Shown here: piece by piece, positions 25,306-39,182 of the stretch
How the letters are laid out: every line of letters starts with the position of its first letter
How positions within the stretch are numbered: position 1 is the stretch's first letter
Assembly (NCBI GenBank): GCA_964016885.1
Contig: OZ024742.1
Coordinates: forward strand, 217,434,001 to 217,498,000
DNA length: 64,000 bases
Direction of reading: 5' to 3'
DNA from: Eledone cirrhosa
Taxonomy: Eukaryota
Translations under genes and position numbers: made by a program
The notes under the pieces: generated by a model
Database searches by the model: none
The model's input: only the letters and a program-made list of their open reading frames with translations
Told to the model about the DNA's origin: nothing

Positions 25306-25693
25306 ACATATATATATATGTACACGCTGGGTGAAGAAGTGACAGGAAATCCTAGTGGAAGGAAGCCACAGTAGAATTAGACCAAGGAAGGCCTAGGCAA
25401 ATGTGGTGAGAGCTGATCTCAAATCACAGAAACTCACATGATGAAGGAATGCGACAAGTAGAGAGATGCTGTGCTGAAAAGGGACATGTCCAACCAAGTG
25501 TGGAAAAACAGACGTAAAAACAATGATATATATAAGTTTGGACAAGTTGAGAGAACAACTATATGTATAAGCTTAAGCTTGATGCATGTTGATAATCCAC
25601 AGTGACATCTAGAGGTATTCTGATGGGTACAATCCAATCACTGTATGGTTATGTTTTTTCACAGAGCATATATACAAAACAAAACAACCAACA

Positions 25694-25932
25694 CTGTTAA
25701 TTGTATATTTAATTGGCTGACATATGCTTCACCAGGCTACATAAGAATATGCAATACATTCTTGTAGACCAGCTCATCAGGACTGACCACTAATATGTGC
25801 AACAGAAGGAAATGTCTTGTTAATTTTAAACTAATTATTTTATAGACCCTGATGAGCTGGTCTACAGGAATATTACATATTCTTATGTAGCCTAACAAAA
25901 CATATGTCGGTCAATTAAATGTACTATTAACA
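25694..25932. mobile_element. Old fold-back pLTR remnant with a degenerate hammerhead (25845-25912)
   Basis: About 85-bp diverged inverted arms; GACC-CUGAUGA-long stem II-AAAA-CAUAUG-UC-GGUC, with GAAA mutated. Confidence 0.6.
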
Positions 25933-26929
25933 ATGATAGCAAACATTTTTAGCCCAGTATATCAAAATTTTGACATTTTATATGATCCTCCATTGGAAGG
26001 TCACTTATATGCATACATATATTTTAATTTTAGATAAAATCTTATAGATAAGCAGTGTATTTTTCTAATGTATTTATAAAGCCATGAGATTTTAAAAAAA
26101 TATAACTTGAAATTTCAAAATATACTTGTAAAAATAGGATAATAGAGTGAAATGAAATTAAAATTATTTTCGTAACATTAATGACCTAAAAACCTGTGGC
26201 ATATCACTGGTTACACATAGGCCATAGGTTTGCCATCACTGGTTTTGTCATAAACGATATTTACTTAGAGTTGAATCCCCATACATAAGGGATTTAATTG
26301 AGGAATGGAGCAGAATGGACTTTTAGGTACCAACTACCACCATCACACATAACTCATAATGAAAACCAGGGTCTGCTAATTTAGATCCTAGGGCAAAAGA
26401 AGCAACAAGCCAAATAAGAAGCTTCTAAATGGTCACTCAACCTGCTAGAAATAGCAGTTAAATATCACTCAAACGACACTTTGCCATCACAAAAAAAAAA
26501 CAAATGAGACGCATTGGTTAACGTTAACATAGCCCAGGATATGTTATACCTGAACAAAAATATGGGATGGTTATGGCTGGAAGACCTTTGATCATAAGGT
26601 TTGATCAATCAGGACTGACCTTTGGCTAAACAATAACAACAAATTCATTATTGAATGATCTTCTTCAGCTAAATTTTGTCAAGCCAAAACCAATCACATT
26701 TCTCTGTATCTTGATTGTATATTGTAAGGTCTCAGAAATGCAAGATTCTTTTGTATTAGAGGCAATAATGGAAATGAAAGAGGGCAGAGGGCAGTGGATG
26801 GGATTCCCCTACTTTTCAGTTTCCAGGGAAGGGGGGTGGGGGTGCAGTGCTTACAGTATTAACCCACCTCTTTCCAAGACTCAGCATCATGAGTCTTAGC
26901 ATAGCTCTATTTCCGAAGTCCCATTTCCA

Positions 26930-27030
26930 TCACTGATTAGAGGGTATTTTCACAAGTGTTCCATAATTTGTGACCTGTGCCACAGTTGTAAGTGGAACAG
27001 CATCTCCATTTGATAAAAGTCTCTGTCGCT
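26930..27030 (-). CDS. Possible terminal coding exon of a host membrane protein
   Basis: Acceptor-like TTTACTGTGATTCATTCAG, then (E)RQRLLSNGDAVPLTTVAQVTNYGTLVKIPSNQ*; non-repetitive; has ExxxLL and YxxL sorting-like motifs. No partner exons identified. Confidence 0.3.
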
Positions 27031-28274
27031 CTGAATGAATCACAGTAAAGAGTATATTAAGTATCTTTGTCCGGTTCATCTGGCAGTAAGATATATATCC
27101 TGAGAGGGATAAATGAGCACAGAATACCCACCAAAGATACTAAAGATAGCAAATTTTCAATAGAATAATTCTATTCTTGCTGTATTATGATATAATCTGG
27201 CCATTGTTTGTTTTTAAATCTAAAATACACCTAGAAATGAGAATTAAGTCAGGTTGATGTTGTATCATGTCTAGAAATAGTCTACAGTTTGTATAGTTAT
27301 AGTATACAGTTTGTGTAGAAGATTTAGCACAACTATCATATGCCACTGCTGTGTATGTTGGCACAAATCTCCATAGAACATCATGGTAGAGATGTAAAGT
27401 AAATGTAGTGTTGTGTTTAATTTTATAAGAGGTTTCTCTTTTTGGTTATGAAAGATTAGCGTACTATCCCGAGGGTGATTTGCTTCTTATCCACTTACAA
27501 CCATAGAAACCAGAGATAAACACAGTGGAAGGAAATAGTAAATCTAATGCCTAGTTTCTATGTAGGAAATCAATATCTATGCTTCCTCATTGATTTTCTA
27601 TTTAAAGTAACATATATATTTGCTAGTATTCTGAATTTGGTTTTCAAAATGTCCTTCCCACAAGAATATGAATCTACAAAAGTAGAGAACTGCCCATAAC
27701 CTCGTGAGTGTTCAATGCAGTTGAAAGTTCTAGAGATGAATATATTATGGATAAAATATATATCCATTTAGGTTTAATTTAAAACACTTAAGGGTCACAA
27801 GAGTTATGAGAGGACACTTAACACTCAATCTAACTAGAGTTGGCACTTAACACTCAATATTGTCAGAACACATGATACAGCTATTACACATTACACTCAA
27901 CATAGCAAAGACACTTAACACTCAGCATAGTCAAAACACTTAACACTCAATATGGTCATGGCATTTAACTTTTAATATGAACTTATTTTTATTAGTTGGA
28001 GAAAAGCTAGTGGCTGTGATCCTTCCCAGGGCTTACATGACTACTGGGAGGAAAAGAGGAAAAGAAGAGGTGAAATTGACTTCACACTGGAGATCTAACC
28101 TAACAGCTTGCATCAGAGCTATAACTATTTATTGCAATGGAGCTATAACTATTTATTTGCAACAGAGCTATAACTATTATGTAGTAATTACTAGGCATTT
28201 TATCTAACAAATGATTCTAGTAATAATAACAGCAGTTAACATTAAGGCCTTTTATTATTTTGCATCTATATAGA

Positions 28275-28715
28275 TAGGTGGATTGACAGTATCGGTAGAG
28301 AGTTGGACACAATGCTTTGCAGCATAGAGTTACTGTCCTTTATGGTCTGAGTTCAAATCCCTCTGAGGTTAACTTTGCCTTTCACCCTTACGGGGTCGAT
28401 AAAATAAAGCACCAGTAACGTACTGGGGTCGATTTAATCGATTCCCCCCCCCCCCCCCCCAAATTACTGGCCTTGTGCTTATACTAGAAATAATTATTTT
28501 GAGTTTATATAGGTTAATGGATTGGCAGTATTGGTAGACCATTAGACACAATGAGTTGCAGTATTTAGTTGGAATTTTCTATGTTCTAAGTTCAAAATCC
28601 TACCACAATTAACTTTCACATTAATTCTTCTGGGTCGATAAAATAAAGTACTGTGGTCGATTTACTTAACTTTCCTTTTCCCAAAATTTACTGACCTAAA
28701 TTAGAAACCATTATC
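28275..28715 (+). mobile_element. Two tandem tRNA-derived SINE copies
   Basis: GGTGGATTG(A/G)CAGTAT head, GAGTTCAAATCC B-box-like motif, and the shared core seen at 2224 and 61364. Confidence 0.75.
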
Positions 28716-29044
28716 TTGTGTCTACATGAAGGTGGTAGATTAGCTGAATCATTAGAATGTCAAATAAAAAGCTTTGTAGTATTTAATTATGTAAAAGTAA
28801 CCTCAATAGGAGTTGAACTCAGAGTGCAGAGAGTCAAAATTAATAACACAAGGCATTCTATTCAAAGCTGTTATGACTATGTCAATTCTCTTCCTTCATA
28901 TACTGAGCTCAAATGTCACCAGATTGACTTTACATTGGATCACTTCAGTGGATCACTACAGTTCTTCAATGAAATATTCTGTTGACCACCACCACTACCA
29001 TCATCATCATTACCACCATCACCCTTATCATCATCATTACCACC

Positions 29045-29432
29045 ATTACCATTATCATCATCATCATCGTTATCATCCTTTTTGAATTCATTTTTCTATG
29101 CTTGCATTGGTTAGACAAATCCTCTCAAATACAGCATCTATCCAATTGTTTCTTTCCTTTGTCATCTCCTTTGTGAGATTCAGTTACTTCAAATCAACTT
29201 CCACCACCCCCGCCCACATTTTCCTTGGTCTTCCTCTTTTACAGCATCACTTCACTTGTAACTTCTAGCAATTCTTCACCCAATGATCAACATCCAGTTT
29301 CATTACATGCTCATACCAACGCAATCTTCTTGTTTGCACACTACAACTAATTCGAAAATCTAGTTTTTTCTCCAAGTTCATCTGTACAGTGTTGTTCATG
29401 CACACCAACATTACACATCTAACGGAGCATGT
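29045..29432 (-). mobile_element. Old RTE 3' fragment
   Basis: Antisense MLR.M..RRLRWYEHVM..RGRPRKMW; (CAT)n tail. Confidence 0.7.
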
Positions 29433-29892
29433 TCGATTAATTGTGAATCAGACTTGAAGCAATAAAATATCAGCTTGTTGTCTGAACAGAATTAACAATA
29501 TATGCAATTTCTTTCTGGGTCTACATTGAATTCCTTCCTATCCTAGACTACACAAATATACAAGCTAACAAAGGTGCATCAATGCCATTGTTCTATCTAC
29601 TGGAAAAAACAGCCTAATCATCCTCAATTACATACTTCCATCTTTAAAAAATACACAAAAGTAAAGAATAAGTGATTTGACACATGTATTTATGAGTGCA
29701 CAGAAGCTGAAAGAAGCTCGGCTTATTTGAAATTTCAATCTTGGGAATTGTCAAACCTACATAGTCTCTTTTCAGTATATAACACCAAAATTATTTCAGA
29801 ACAAAACAAAGTATGTTTTATAAAGTATTAATTAATTCAAATTTATTTATTCAGTTGCTGCTTATCAACGAGGATGTTGGTGTTGGCGGCAT

Positions 29893-29969
29893 TCTTCTTC
29901 TTCTTCTTCTTCTTCTTCTTCTTCTTCTTCTTCTTCTTCTTCTTCTTCTTCTTCTTCTTCTTCTTCTTC

Positions 29970-30010
<41 letters not shown>

Positions 30011-30011
30011 G
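29893..30011. repeat. (CTT)n(CAT)n compound microsatellite
   Basis: Direct observation. Confidence 0.95.
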
Positions 30012-30643
30012 ACGATGACGAGGAGGAGGGGGAAAAGGGGGTAACAGATGATCATTTATAATTTAACATAGTTTTTGTTTTAAAACATTACATCTAATTT
30101 TCTCTATCCAAACATTAATTTATGTTATCATCATTTTTATAAATAACACTCCTATCATCATTACCATAATCATCATCATCACCATCAACAGTAAAAGCAC
30201 TATCAACATAAACCATATCATTCATGCACATAATTTTAGCATCAGTTATCTAGCCAGTTATTTGTTTATAAATTGTTAGGTCTATCTAATAGGCACGACT
30301 GCATGCTTTTGTTCACAGCCACATAATTCTGGGTTTGATCTCACTCTACATGGTACCTTGGAAAATGTCTTTTACCATAACTCCAGGTTAATCAATGCTT
30401 TATAAATGAAATTTGAATGACAGTGACTGAGTGGAAGGCTGTATTATGACATACAGAGGATCCCTTTAGTCTAGCTGAAAATATGACACCATTTCTGGTG
30501 CTGGGGACTACAAAATGTACCCAGTAGACTTTGTAAAGTAATTGGTATTAGGAAAGACATGCAGTCTTAGAAATTATGCCAAAAATAGAATGTATGAATA
30601 AAACTTGGTTTATCTAAGATTGCAGTGACTTGAATTATGACTA

Positions 30644-31805
30644 CTGGTTGAAGTCCTTCATTCTCAGTCGAAGAAAGGTAGTCACAGTTCTGGGACAGCA
30701 TTCCTCGCCATATGAGATGTCATCTGGTGTACCACAGGGATCTGTTCTTGGCCCCCTTTTGTTTGTGGCATATATTAATGACATAGATGCCAACTTAAAG
30801 AATGCCACGGTACTAAAATACGCAGATGACATCAAGCTGTACCTTGAGATAAAAAGGACAGATCCTGAACACTATAGATCTTGCTTGCAGTCTGACCTGG
30901 ACACAATGCAACAATGGATCTCAGACTGGCAACTCAAGCTAGCTGTGGACAAGTGCAACACCATGCATTTTGCATTTTGGGAGTAAAAACCCAGCGTCCA
31001 CATACTCCCTCCACAGCACTAATATCAAGAAGTCTCCTTGTGAACGTGACTTGGGCATTACGGTCAGCAGAGATTTGCGTTGGACGAAGCGCGTCTCTAA
31101 AATTGTCATGAGGGCCGAGGGTGTCTTAGCATCACTCAGCAAGACCTTTGTCAGCCGCTCTCCAGCTAGCTATTTAAGGCTGTACATAGCTATGGTGCGG
31201 CCACACTTAGAATTTACATCACCAGTCTGGAACCCCTATCTTGCTCAGAACATTGACCGCCTGGAAACTGTTCAGAGACGTGCAACCAAGCGAATACCCT
31301 CCATCAGGCATCTACCATACTCTGAACGCCTTGCTTCCCTGGGCATGGATGCATTGAAGCTCCGACGCCTGGCAACTGACTTGGTAAACACCCACAAAAT
31401 TGTTAACCATCTTGCCAACAACAACCCTGAGTACCTTTTTGATTCCCATGTGTCTAACACACATGGACATGTCCACAAGATCAGAAAACAGCACAGTTCC
31501 CATGACTTTCGGAAACATTTTTTCACGCTCAGAGTTGCTGAAGCATGGAACAAACTACCTGCATCAGTTGTTAGCTGTCGAGACACTGCATCCTTTAAAA
31601 CCTCCATGCTTCCCGAGATTCGCCAACACTACACCTAATGTTCCCCCTCCATACACATACACACATGTATATCATGACTCATACACTATTCCCTTCCCTG
31701 ACATTTGTATATTATTCTATGTACTATACATGCACCTTTGACGAGTTGTAGTGCACCTGAGCACTTTACACAATAATTTCATTATTATTATTATTATTAT
31801 TATTA
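30644..31805 (+). mobile_element. 5'-truncated CR1/L2-group LINE, near-identical to 21985-23138
   Basis: Same RT C-terminal sequence, 3'UTR and (ATT)n tail. Confidence 0.93.
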
Positions 31806-31879
31806 CTGGTCTAAACCATGGTAGAATGGAAACTAGTGTAAAATGATGAGGATGAGATGATGATGAGCAGGCGAATATG

Positions 31880-32135
31880 TATAGTGAGCTAATACACACA
31901 CGCCTCTGGTTTTGACGACAAGTGTGCCAGTTGATCAAATAATAAGACTGCCTGTTCGTAAAATCAGTATGTAAGTGACTGAGCACTTCACAGACTTGTG
32001 TACCTTAATGTAGTTCTCAAGAAATTCAACATGACTTAGTGTTGTACAAGGTTGACCCTGTGAATTACATGAATAACTCGTGTTTTGCCAGCTGAGTGGA
32101 TTGAAGCAACATGAAATAAAATGTCTTGCTCGATG
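31880..32135 (-). mobile_element. SINE body fragment
   Basis: Antisense to the 61085-61335 SINE body (ATTTCATGTTGCT..CACTCAGCTGGCAAAA..GAGAACTACATTAAGG). Confidence 0.7.
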
Positions 32136-32151
32136 ACATATATATATATAT

Positions 32152-32839
32152 ATCATCATCATCATCGTTTAACGTCCATCTTCCACGCTTGCATGGGTTT
32201 GGACGGGAGTTTTCCCACTTGAGGCAAGATTGGTTGTCCTGCTCGTATAGGACTGTCTGGCGGGTTTTCTACGGCTGGATGACCTTCCTAACACCAACCA
32301 CGTTTACAGTGTGGACTGGGAGGTTTTTACCGTGTTACCTACACGGCCACATTACAGCGTGGACTGTGTGTTTTTTTTGTTGTGACACCTACACGTCTGG
32401 CGGGTTTTCTACGGCTGGGTGCCCTTCCCAACACCAACCACGTTAACAGTGTGGACTGGAAGGTTTTTACTGAGTTACCTACACGGCCACATTACAGCGT
32501 GGACTGCACCACCCCACCCCACCCTATCCTACACATCTGCCATGAGGACAAGCTGAAGTATACATCCAGTGAAGCCTCCAGTCCACCCAGTAAAGTGGTT
32601 GTGTAGGTGTCAAGACAAAAAGCACCCTACCAACACTGTAAAGTGGTTGTATAGGCGTCACAACAAAAAGCACCCAGTACTCACTGTAAAAGAGGTTGGC
32701 GCTAGGAAGGGCATCCAGCTGTAGAAACCAAGCCAGAATTGGTTCTGTATGAGTATGACATGGCCACCTGAACTAGAATTGCTCACAACAGGATATCTTG
32801 TCTAACCCGTGCCAGCAGGGAAAAATGGACGTTAAACGG

Positions 32840-32870
<31 letters not shown>
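32152..32870. mobile_element. Two RTE 3'UTR/tail fragments in divergent orientation (32152-32505 on -, about 32570-32870 on +)
   Basis: GGTTGGTGTTAGGAAGGGCATCCAGCTGTAGAAA motif and (GAT)n tails on both sides. Confidence 0.8.
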
Positions 32871-34170
32871 CGACACAATACACCACCAAGAATTGAACTA
32901 ATGACCTTGCAATTGTGAGCCAAACACCCCAACCACTACTTTATACCCCTTCATACACATATACACACATGAACACAATCCAATCCAGGGCTTTCTCACT
33001 CCTGTTGGAGGAATCCCTCTCTAGTACCTCCACCACTTTCTGTTTGGTTTTGGTCATGTCAGGGGGTATAGCCATACTCACCACACTTAGCCAATTGTGA
33101 GTTGGTGAAAATGTTTAATTCATAGTTGGGGTGGATGGCCATTGACTCTGATGATTTCATCTTCCCTTTTAACAACTCTTTTTTTGTGTGTGTGCTGCAG
33201 GGGCTTCACTTACTTATATAAAACATCATCATCATTTAACATCTGTTTTCCCTTGATAACATGGGTTGGACAGGTCTTCACAGACAGAATCAGTATTCAA
33301 GCTGGGCTACTGACCACTCAGATGGGCAAGGGGCTTGCATTTGATTGTGACACCAGCATTAGGGAGGTTTCTGGAAGACCTGCCGCAGAGTGAATATTCA
33401 CTGAAACAATGGTGCATTTTATTGTGGCACCAGCACTAGAGAGGTTGCTATGTTCTAAAGAGTTCTTTCTTTTCTATGTTATCTCCAATTCTATTTATTG
33501 TAAACCATTTTACAGAATGCACCCAGTACAATCTGTAAAATTATTGACAGTCGAATTGGAGACAACATAGGGTAGAGAAGTCTTGCTACAATAAAATACA
33601 GACAGTAAACTGTTACATGGTTGATATTTGGAAGGGTGTTTATCTGCTGAAACAATGCCAAAAATTGGAACCTGAAAGAGAGACATGTCTGGCAATTCAT
33701 TTAAGAAAGCAATAACTCCAAGCAGGAATTGACTCACTTTTTTTTTTCTTTTGTCCCTTACATACGAAAATTTGTAGATCTTTGATAAAAATGTGTTATT
33801 GTTGTAATTTCAGTTTCCATAAAGACATAATTATTTTTCAATTCACTGATTAAATAAAATACAACCGAAAAAAATTCAACATCGAATAAATAAAAAATAG
33901 TGTCTAGTAAATTTAAAAAAAAACATTATGGAATTTATTTACGCATCCTTTGAACTTGTTTGAAATAGGAACCGAATTTCTACGACCCTAAAACGAAGGA
34001 TATACACTGGAGAATATAATTTTAAATATAGAATAGAATGAGGTGGTCACAGATGGAACGCCTTTGATGATAACAGCTCTGATCAATCTAGGTTGGACAG
34101 GGTAGATTTAAACGAAGTAAATGGGATAACTGAAACTCGCGAAAAATTAAAAAACTAACCTTTTTAAAGC

Positions 34171-34177
34171 AAAAAAA
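34171..34177 (-). terminator. RNA polymerase III terminator (T7) of the tRNA-Gly gene
   Basis: Run of 7 T beginning 3 nt downstream of the discriminator base. Confidence 0.8.
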
Positions 34178-34179
34178 TA

Positions 34180-34250
34180 TGCGCCGTCCGGGACTCGAAC
34201 CCGGGTCGCAAGAATGGGAATCTTGCATGATACCCCTACACCAACGGCGC
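34180..34250 (-). tRNA. tRNA-Gly (anticodon CCC)
   Basis: GCGCCGTTGGTGTAGGGGTATCATGCAAGATTCCCATTCTTGCGACCCGGGTTCGAGTCCCGGACGGCGCA; full cloverleaf, close to the metazoan Gly-CCC sequence. Confidence 0.96.
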
Positions 34251-36594
34251 AAGCAAAGTATAAGTGGTTATTTTATTGTCATATTCTTTATAAAATATCC
34301 ACGTGCTTTATTATAAATGTGTTTATATTGAAAGATAAAGGATCTATTTATATGTGAATGATTATGTAGTATCTGTACGTAGATAAAAACAAGCGACGGA
34401 AGAAGCGCCTAAATTAAAATCGTGAACTGAAATATATATACATTACTTCTACTACCTTAATGTTCAGCAGCTGAACCTAACAGAAACACCGTTAGCTATC
34501 GAACAGTGAATAATCACTACATATTATTTCATATTTTAAATCAACGTTGACCGAAGACTTCAGCCGAGTATGTTCATAAAGTATTTGTTTTCAGAAATAA
34601 ATTAACTCAAGGGAATCGAAGAGATGCTAATAATGATGATGACGATGATAGTGGTTGTATATTTTGATTGTTGTGTTGTGATATATATACGTGTATATTA
34701 TTTTTAAAAAAAACACCTTGTACATATTACATGAAGTACAACACTGTATATATTCAACAGAAATATCCTACATATATATGTGTGTGTGTGTCTGTATTAA
34801 ATCTATTTATACACAAAAATGTATGTATTTATCATTATATCTCTCTCTATATATTTCTCATCTTTATTTTTTACTTAATTCATTTTTCCTGTTCTTACTA
34901 TCACAAAGACGATCGCATTTAGCCTAACGATTTTATTGCTGATTGCAATAAGTTAATTCGTTTAAAATAATATATTGAAGAAACTATCTCTCTTTCATAT
35001 GTGTGTGCGGATTAAAATCTGAAAACGAGTTAGTATTGAAAGGAATTATTAATTCAGGTTTAGTTTTGTCTGTTTACTGGATATCTATGTTACTACAACA
35101 TGACGAACACACCTATGAGTCCCAGCCGTGACAATCGCATTTTATTTTTAGACATAATGTAGTTGGGAATTCCTTAGCCAATCTGTTCTTCCGGTTTTAA
35201 GACGGTATGATAAGATTTGAGGGAAATTTGGCTGCTGTTTTGAGCAGGTCAGGATGACAGGTTTTATACAGTAGCAGGTGTGTATGTTAGGACTAAGGGT
35301 GATAATACAATGTTTAAGCTTTCGTTCAAAAACATTGGCAATGTCACTAACCTAAAATAAGTATAGTGGCCGCTAATATCAAACCCTATGGGAACTCATT
35401 TCCATTGACACTGTACTCGTTTAAATTCATTTCCTATTCTTAAAAGTCAATGGGACTCATAATGACAAAATGTCAAGCAATCGATTCTATTCATGGCTGT
35501 CTAAGTATATAGGATACGTTTTTCCTTATCATTACTTACATATTTATGAACTGAAAATATAAAATTATATATATATTAATTAATAACATTAAAGAAGTTA
35601 AATATGTTTCGTTTCATTCAATTTGTAGCTTTTCTTTAATTCACAATTCATAGTTCTAAGAGATGAAAAGCAAAATAAAACTCGGTGAAATTTGAACTGT
35701 GTGTGTAGAAAGTGAAACTAAAACACTCAAGTACAGCGTTTTGTCACTTCCAAGCAAATGCCTTAATAGTTCTTTAAAAAAAAACACAAATAAAGTTTTT
35801 TGTTTTAAATGATAAGAATATTTAGAATTAATAATTAGACATTTGTATCTATAAATCTTTATATATTGACGATGTGTTTTTAAATTTTATTTCAGAGAAA
35901 CTATTTGAAAATAAATAATTTCCAAATCTGAAAGAAAAGAAATTTAAAAAAAAAACTCGAAAAACATCATAAATCAATATAATTTCTCAGATTTCCTCTG
36001 TAGCAGAAGATATTTTATGGAATGGTTTACTATTTAAGCTAACTTAATTGACGATATTTTTCTGTTCCTTTTTTTTTTTTTAATTTACTTGTTCCGAGTA
36101 AATATATTTTTTAATCGTTATCTTAACTAACTAATTATGGCAGTTTCGGAATAAGCACACTCTAGCGAAAAATTTAATTTTAACTTTTTTTTTTTTTTTC
36201 ACCCAGAATCGTAATATTCTATATTTAAAAGGGGGAGTAGGCAGAAAAGATCCCGTAAAAAAAAGGGTGAGCAATAAGATGATTACGACTGGTTGCATTA
36301 CCCCGAAACTGGGGAGATAAAGCTGGCAAAATATAAAAGATTTTTTTTTTTTAAAGAATTGTAATCTCCAATGTTAAGCAATTTTCAAAGGAAATAAAAT
36401 AATGCTGGTGATGTACTTATTCGAAAATTCCGTCGTTGTTGTTTAACTTGAGGTCGGCTCTGACTGAGAAGACCAAAAGACCTATATTTAATATTTGGGT
36501 GCTACATCTAGCAGGCTAAACGACCACATATTGACTTCCATCTTGCGTTTGAACTGTGGGAATAAAAAATATATCAGTTATCAACGAACTAAAT

Positions 36595-36790
36595 AGCATG
36601 TGACCAAGTGGTAAGGGTGTTGGATTTACGATCAGAATGTGGGTTCGATTCCTGGACTGGATTGCGAGTTGTGTTCTTGAATAAAACACATCATTTCATG
36701 TTGCTCGAGTATACTCAGCCGAAAATGAGTACCAACAATAGCTAGGGGTTTAACCCTGCAATAGACTGGCGCCCTGTACTGACTATGAAG
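36595..36790 (+). mobile_element. tRNA-derived SINE
   Basis: A-box TGACCAAGTGG, B-box GGTTCGATTCC, then the TTGTGTTCTTGA..ATTTCATGTTGCTC body. Confidence 0.75.
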
Positions 36791-38129
36791 ATTTAAATTA
36801 CATGGCTCGTCATCTCATGTTTATACACACACACACACAAACCTGATGAAGATAAGCAATGCAATTTAAGTCTTTATTGCCATGTTTATATATGTTTGCT
36901 ATCTCCAATTTTCAATTTTTACCCATTAAAATAGAAGATAACCAATGTATTCTTTATATCATTCAATTAGAAATCAATTCATTTATAGAAAAGTAAAACT
37001 GGTTTGGTTGGTTATCTTCATAGAATGAATGAGAGAGACAGTAGTTAGTATGCTTTGTTGAGGATTTTGAATACTTAGAGCTTCCACTGGTAGCATTAAT
37101 TTGCAGCTAATCACAACAGAAGGGAGTGGTGTTACTGGAAGTTATTAAAATCATTTTGATCTCCAGGAGACTATTGATGTTTATGAAAGGAAGGCCTCAC
37201 TGTATTGTTAGTTGTATGTACATTGATATTGATTGGTTTGGACAAATCATTAAATTGGTAGATAAAAAGCTTCACAGTATTTAGTTGTGGCCTTTTACTT
37301 TTTCAGCTCAAATCTTGCCAAGTTCAATTTTGTCTTTCATCATTTGACAGTTGGAAATGGATTGGAAGAAGGGAAAATCATTAAAGTGGTAGGTAAAATA
37401 TCTGATGGTATTTGATTATAGCTCTCTATTTTCTGAGATCAAATACAGCCAAGGTCATTTTTGTCTTCCATTCTTCTGAATTAAAAAAAATAAAGTACCA
37501 GTTTAATTGACTATACTCCACCATAATAAATATTTAAAAAATTGTTTGACCTTGTAATACTAGGAATCAATACTTATTTCTTTTGAATGGGCTGCAAGGC
37601 CATATTTTGTATGGTAGATTGAATTACCCTAATATGTAACTGATACATCATTATCGTTTTTATTTCCTCTCTTCCATTTTGGTAGGGGTTGGGTGGGACT
37701 TTTTAAGAATGTTTTACAACTGAGTACCCTACCTGACATATTATAAAACTAAAAATGTGCTCTATTGTTGATTAGAAAAGTGGTGTTAAGTGCTAATTAT
37801 TGCTGTAAAGATGATTGAGAAACTAATCTAAAGGTTTCTAAACTGTGTTACTAAGATTATAATTTCTAGGTGTCATGAAATTCAGTGAAATCTAGTAAAT
37901 TTTTATGATTATTTGACTGAGAATTATGTTTGAGATCTAACTTCTACCCATACTGGTGACATGCGATAAAGCTATTCAATTGGATATAGATTAATTTAAT
38001 TTATTTCTTGTTAACAAAACTTTAATAACATGACAGGAAAAATGATATTTTTTTTAATGTGACATCAGTGTAGAAAGCTTTATTTACTATTCAGTTTTTC
38101 TCCTCTATGTTCTGAGTTTAAATTCTGCT

Positions 38130-38525
38130 TCCTCTTCTTGTCATGTCCACAAGAGTGTCAGTTATAAAGCTTGGATAGACGTGGTTCTGCCACAGCTGAA
38201 CACATTGCTCACTTTTCTCATTAAACTCTGACAAGTCCAATGCTGTGCAGGAGTGTTCCAGCAGGGGACATATCAGGATGTGCTGTGTAGTCTGTGGTTC
38301 GAAGCTGCAGTCCCACACATCATCCCCATCCTTTAAATATCTCCAGTTTGCAAGATTGACTTTTGCACATCCAACACCAGATCTTAGTCTGTTTAGGCAT
38401 TTCCACACTACATAGTTTGTATCAGCTCCAGGAGGAAGTGCCTCGCTCGCCTTTAGTTCCATTGTTGTTGCTGATAGGAAGTTGTTAATTTTTTCTTCCC
38501 AGTGAGTGATTCTGCTGAGGTTCAC
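38130..38525 (-). mobile_element. 3' fragment of an I/Ingi/Vingi-group LINE within SINE sequence
   Basis: WKCLNRLRSGVG..W..DC..QTTQHILICP C-terminal zinc-knuckle region. Confidence 0.7.
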
Positions 38526-39182
38526 AGGAAAAATGATATTTTGAAAGTGAGCCACCAGTTTGGAAAGCTCTGGTCTAAATGCTTTATTTACTATACAGTT
38601 TTGCTCCTCTATGTTCTGAGTTTAAATCCTGCCAAACTTCACTTTACCTTTTATAAAATATTTACCTTAGATAAAATATGCACCTGTTGTAAACTGGTGT
38701 TTATTCAGTCAACTATAGTCTATATGATGATGATGATGACCACTTCCATCATCCTTAAAATGTTAAGTCCTTGGGCCATTATAGAAATGATTGTTGTTCC
38801 TGTAAAAGAGTTATCATCACCATCACCAACCCTTACATTGCCACCATCATCTTCTCCATGATCATTTTGTACCCATTTTATCATGCCAGTATATCTTAGA
38901 TGGGATTTTCCCAGTATAGTATCTTACTATTTGTTGCAGGCATAAATGTCATAGAATTTCATTCCCCCAAACACTTCTATAAAGTTAGAGTATGGTGGCT
39001 ACAATTCTCTATTTTCACCCCTCTTTCAAATGAGATTATAACACAGGAGTTCAGGACTGGTTGTCGTGAGTTGTTATATACTCATGAGTATTGAACTCAC
39101 AACCTTTCGATTGCAATCCCAATGCTCTGACCATTAAGCCATGCGCCTTCATATATACATATATACTCATGAGTATATAACA

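Noticed and set aside
27570-27767. Possible additional minus-strand exon
   Set aside because: No recognisable motif or convincing splice pair.
27810-28180. Repeated ACACTTAACACTCA and AGAGCTATAACTATT units with short variable spacers, superficially CRISPR-like
   Set aside because: These are degenerate minisatellites in animal DNA; the spacers are too short and related, and there are no cas genes.
29813-30061. Poly-Leu/His and poly-Met/Lys ORFs
   Set aside because: They come from the (CTT)n(CAT)n microsatellite.
36841-36875. Lone CTGATGAAG motif
   Set aside because: No matching GAAA, stem III or stem I could be built.
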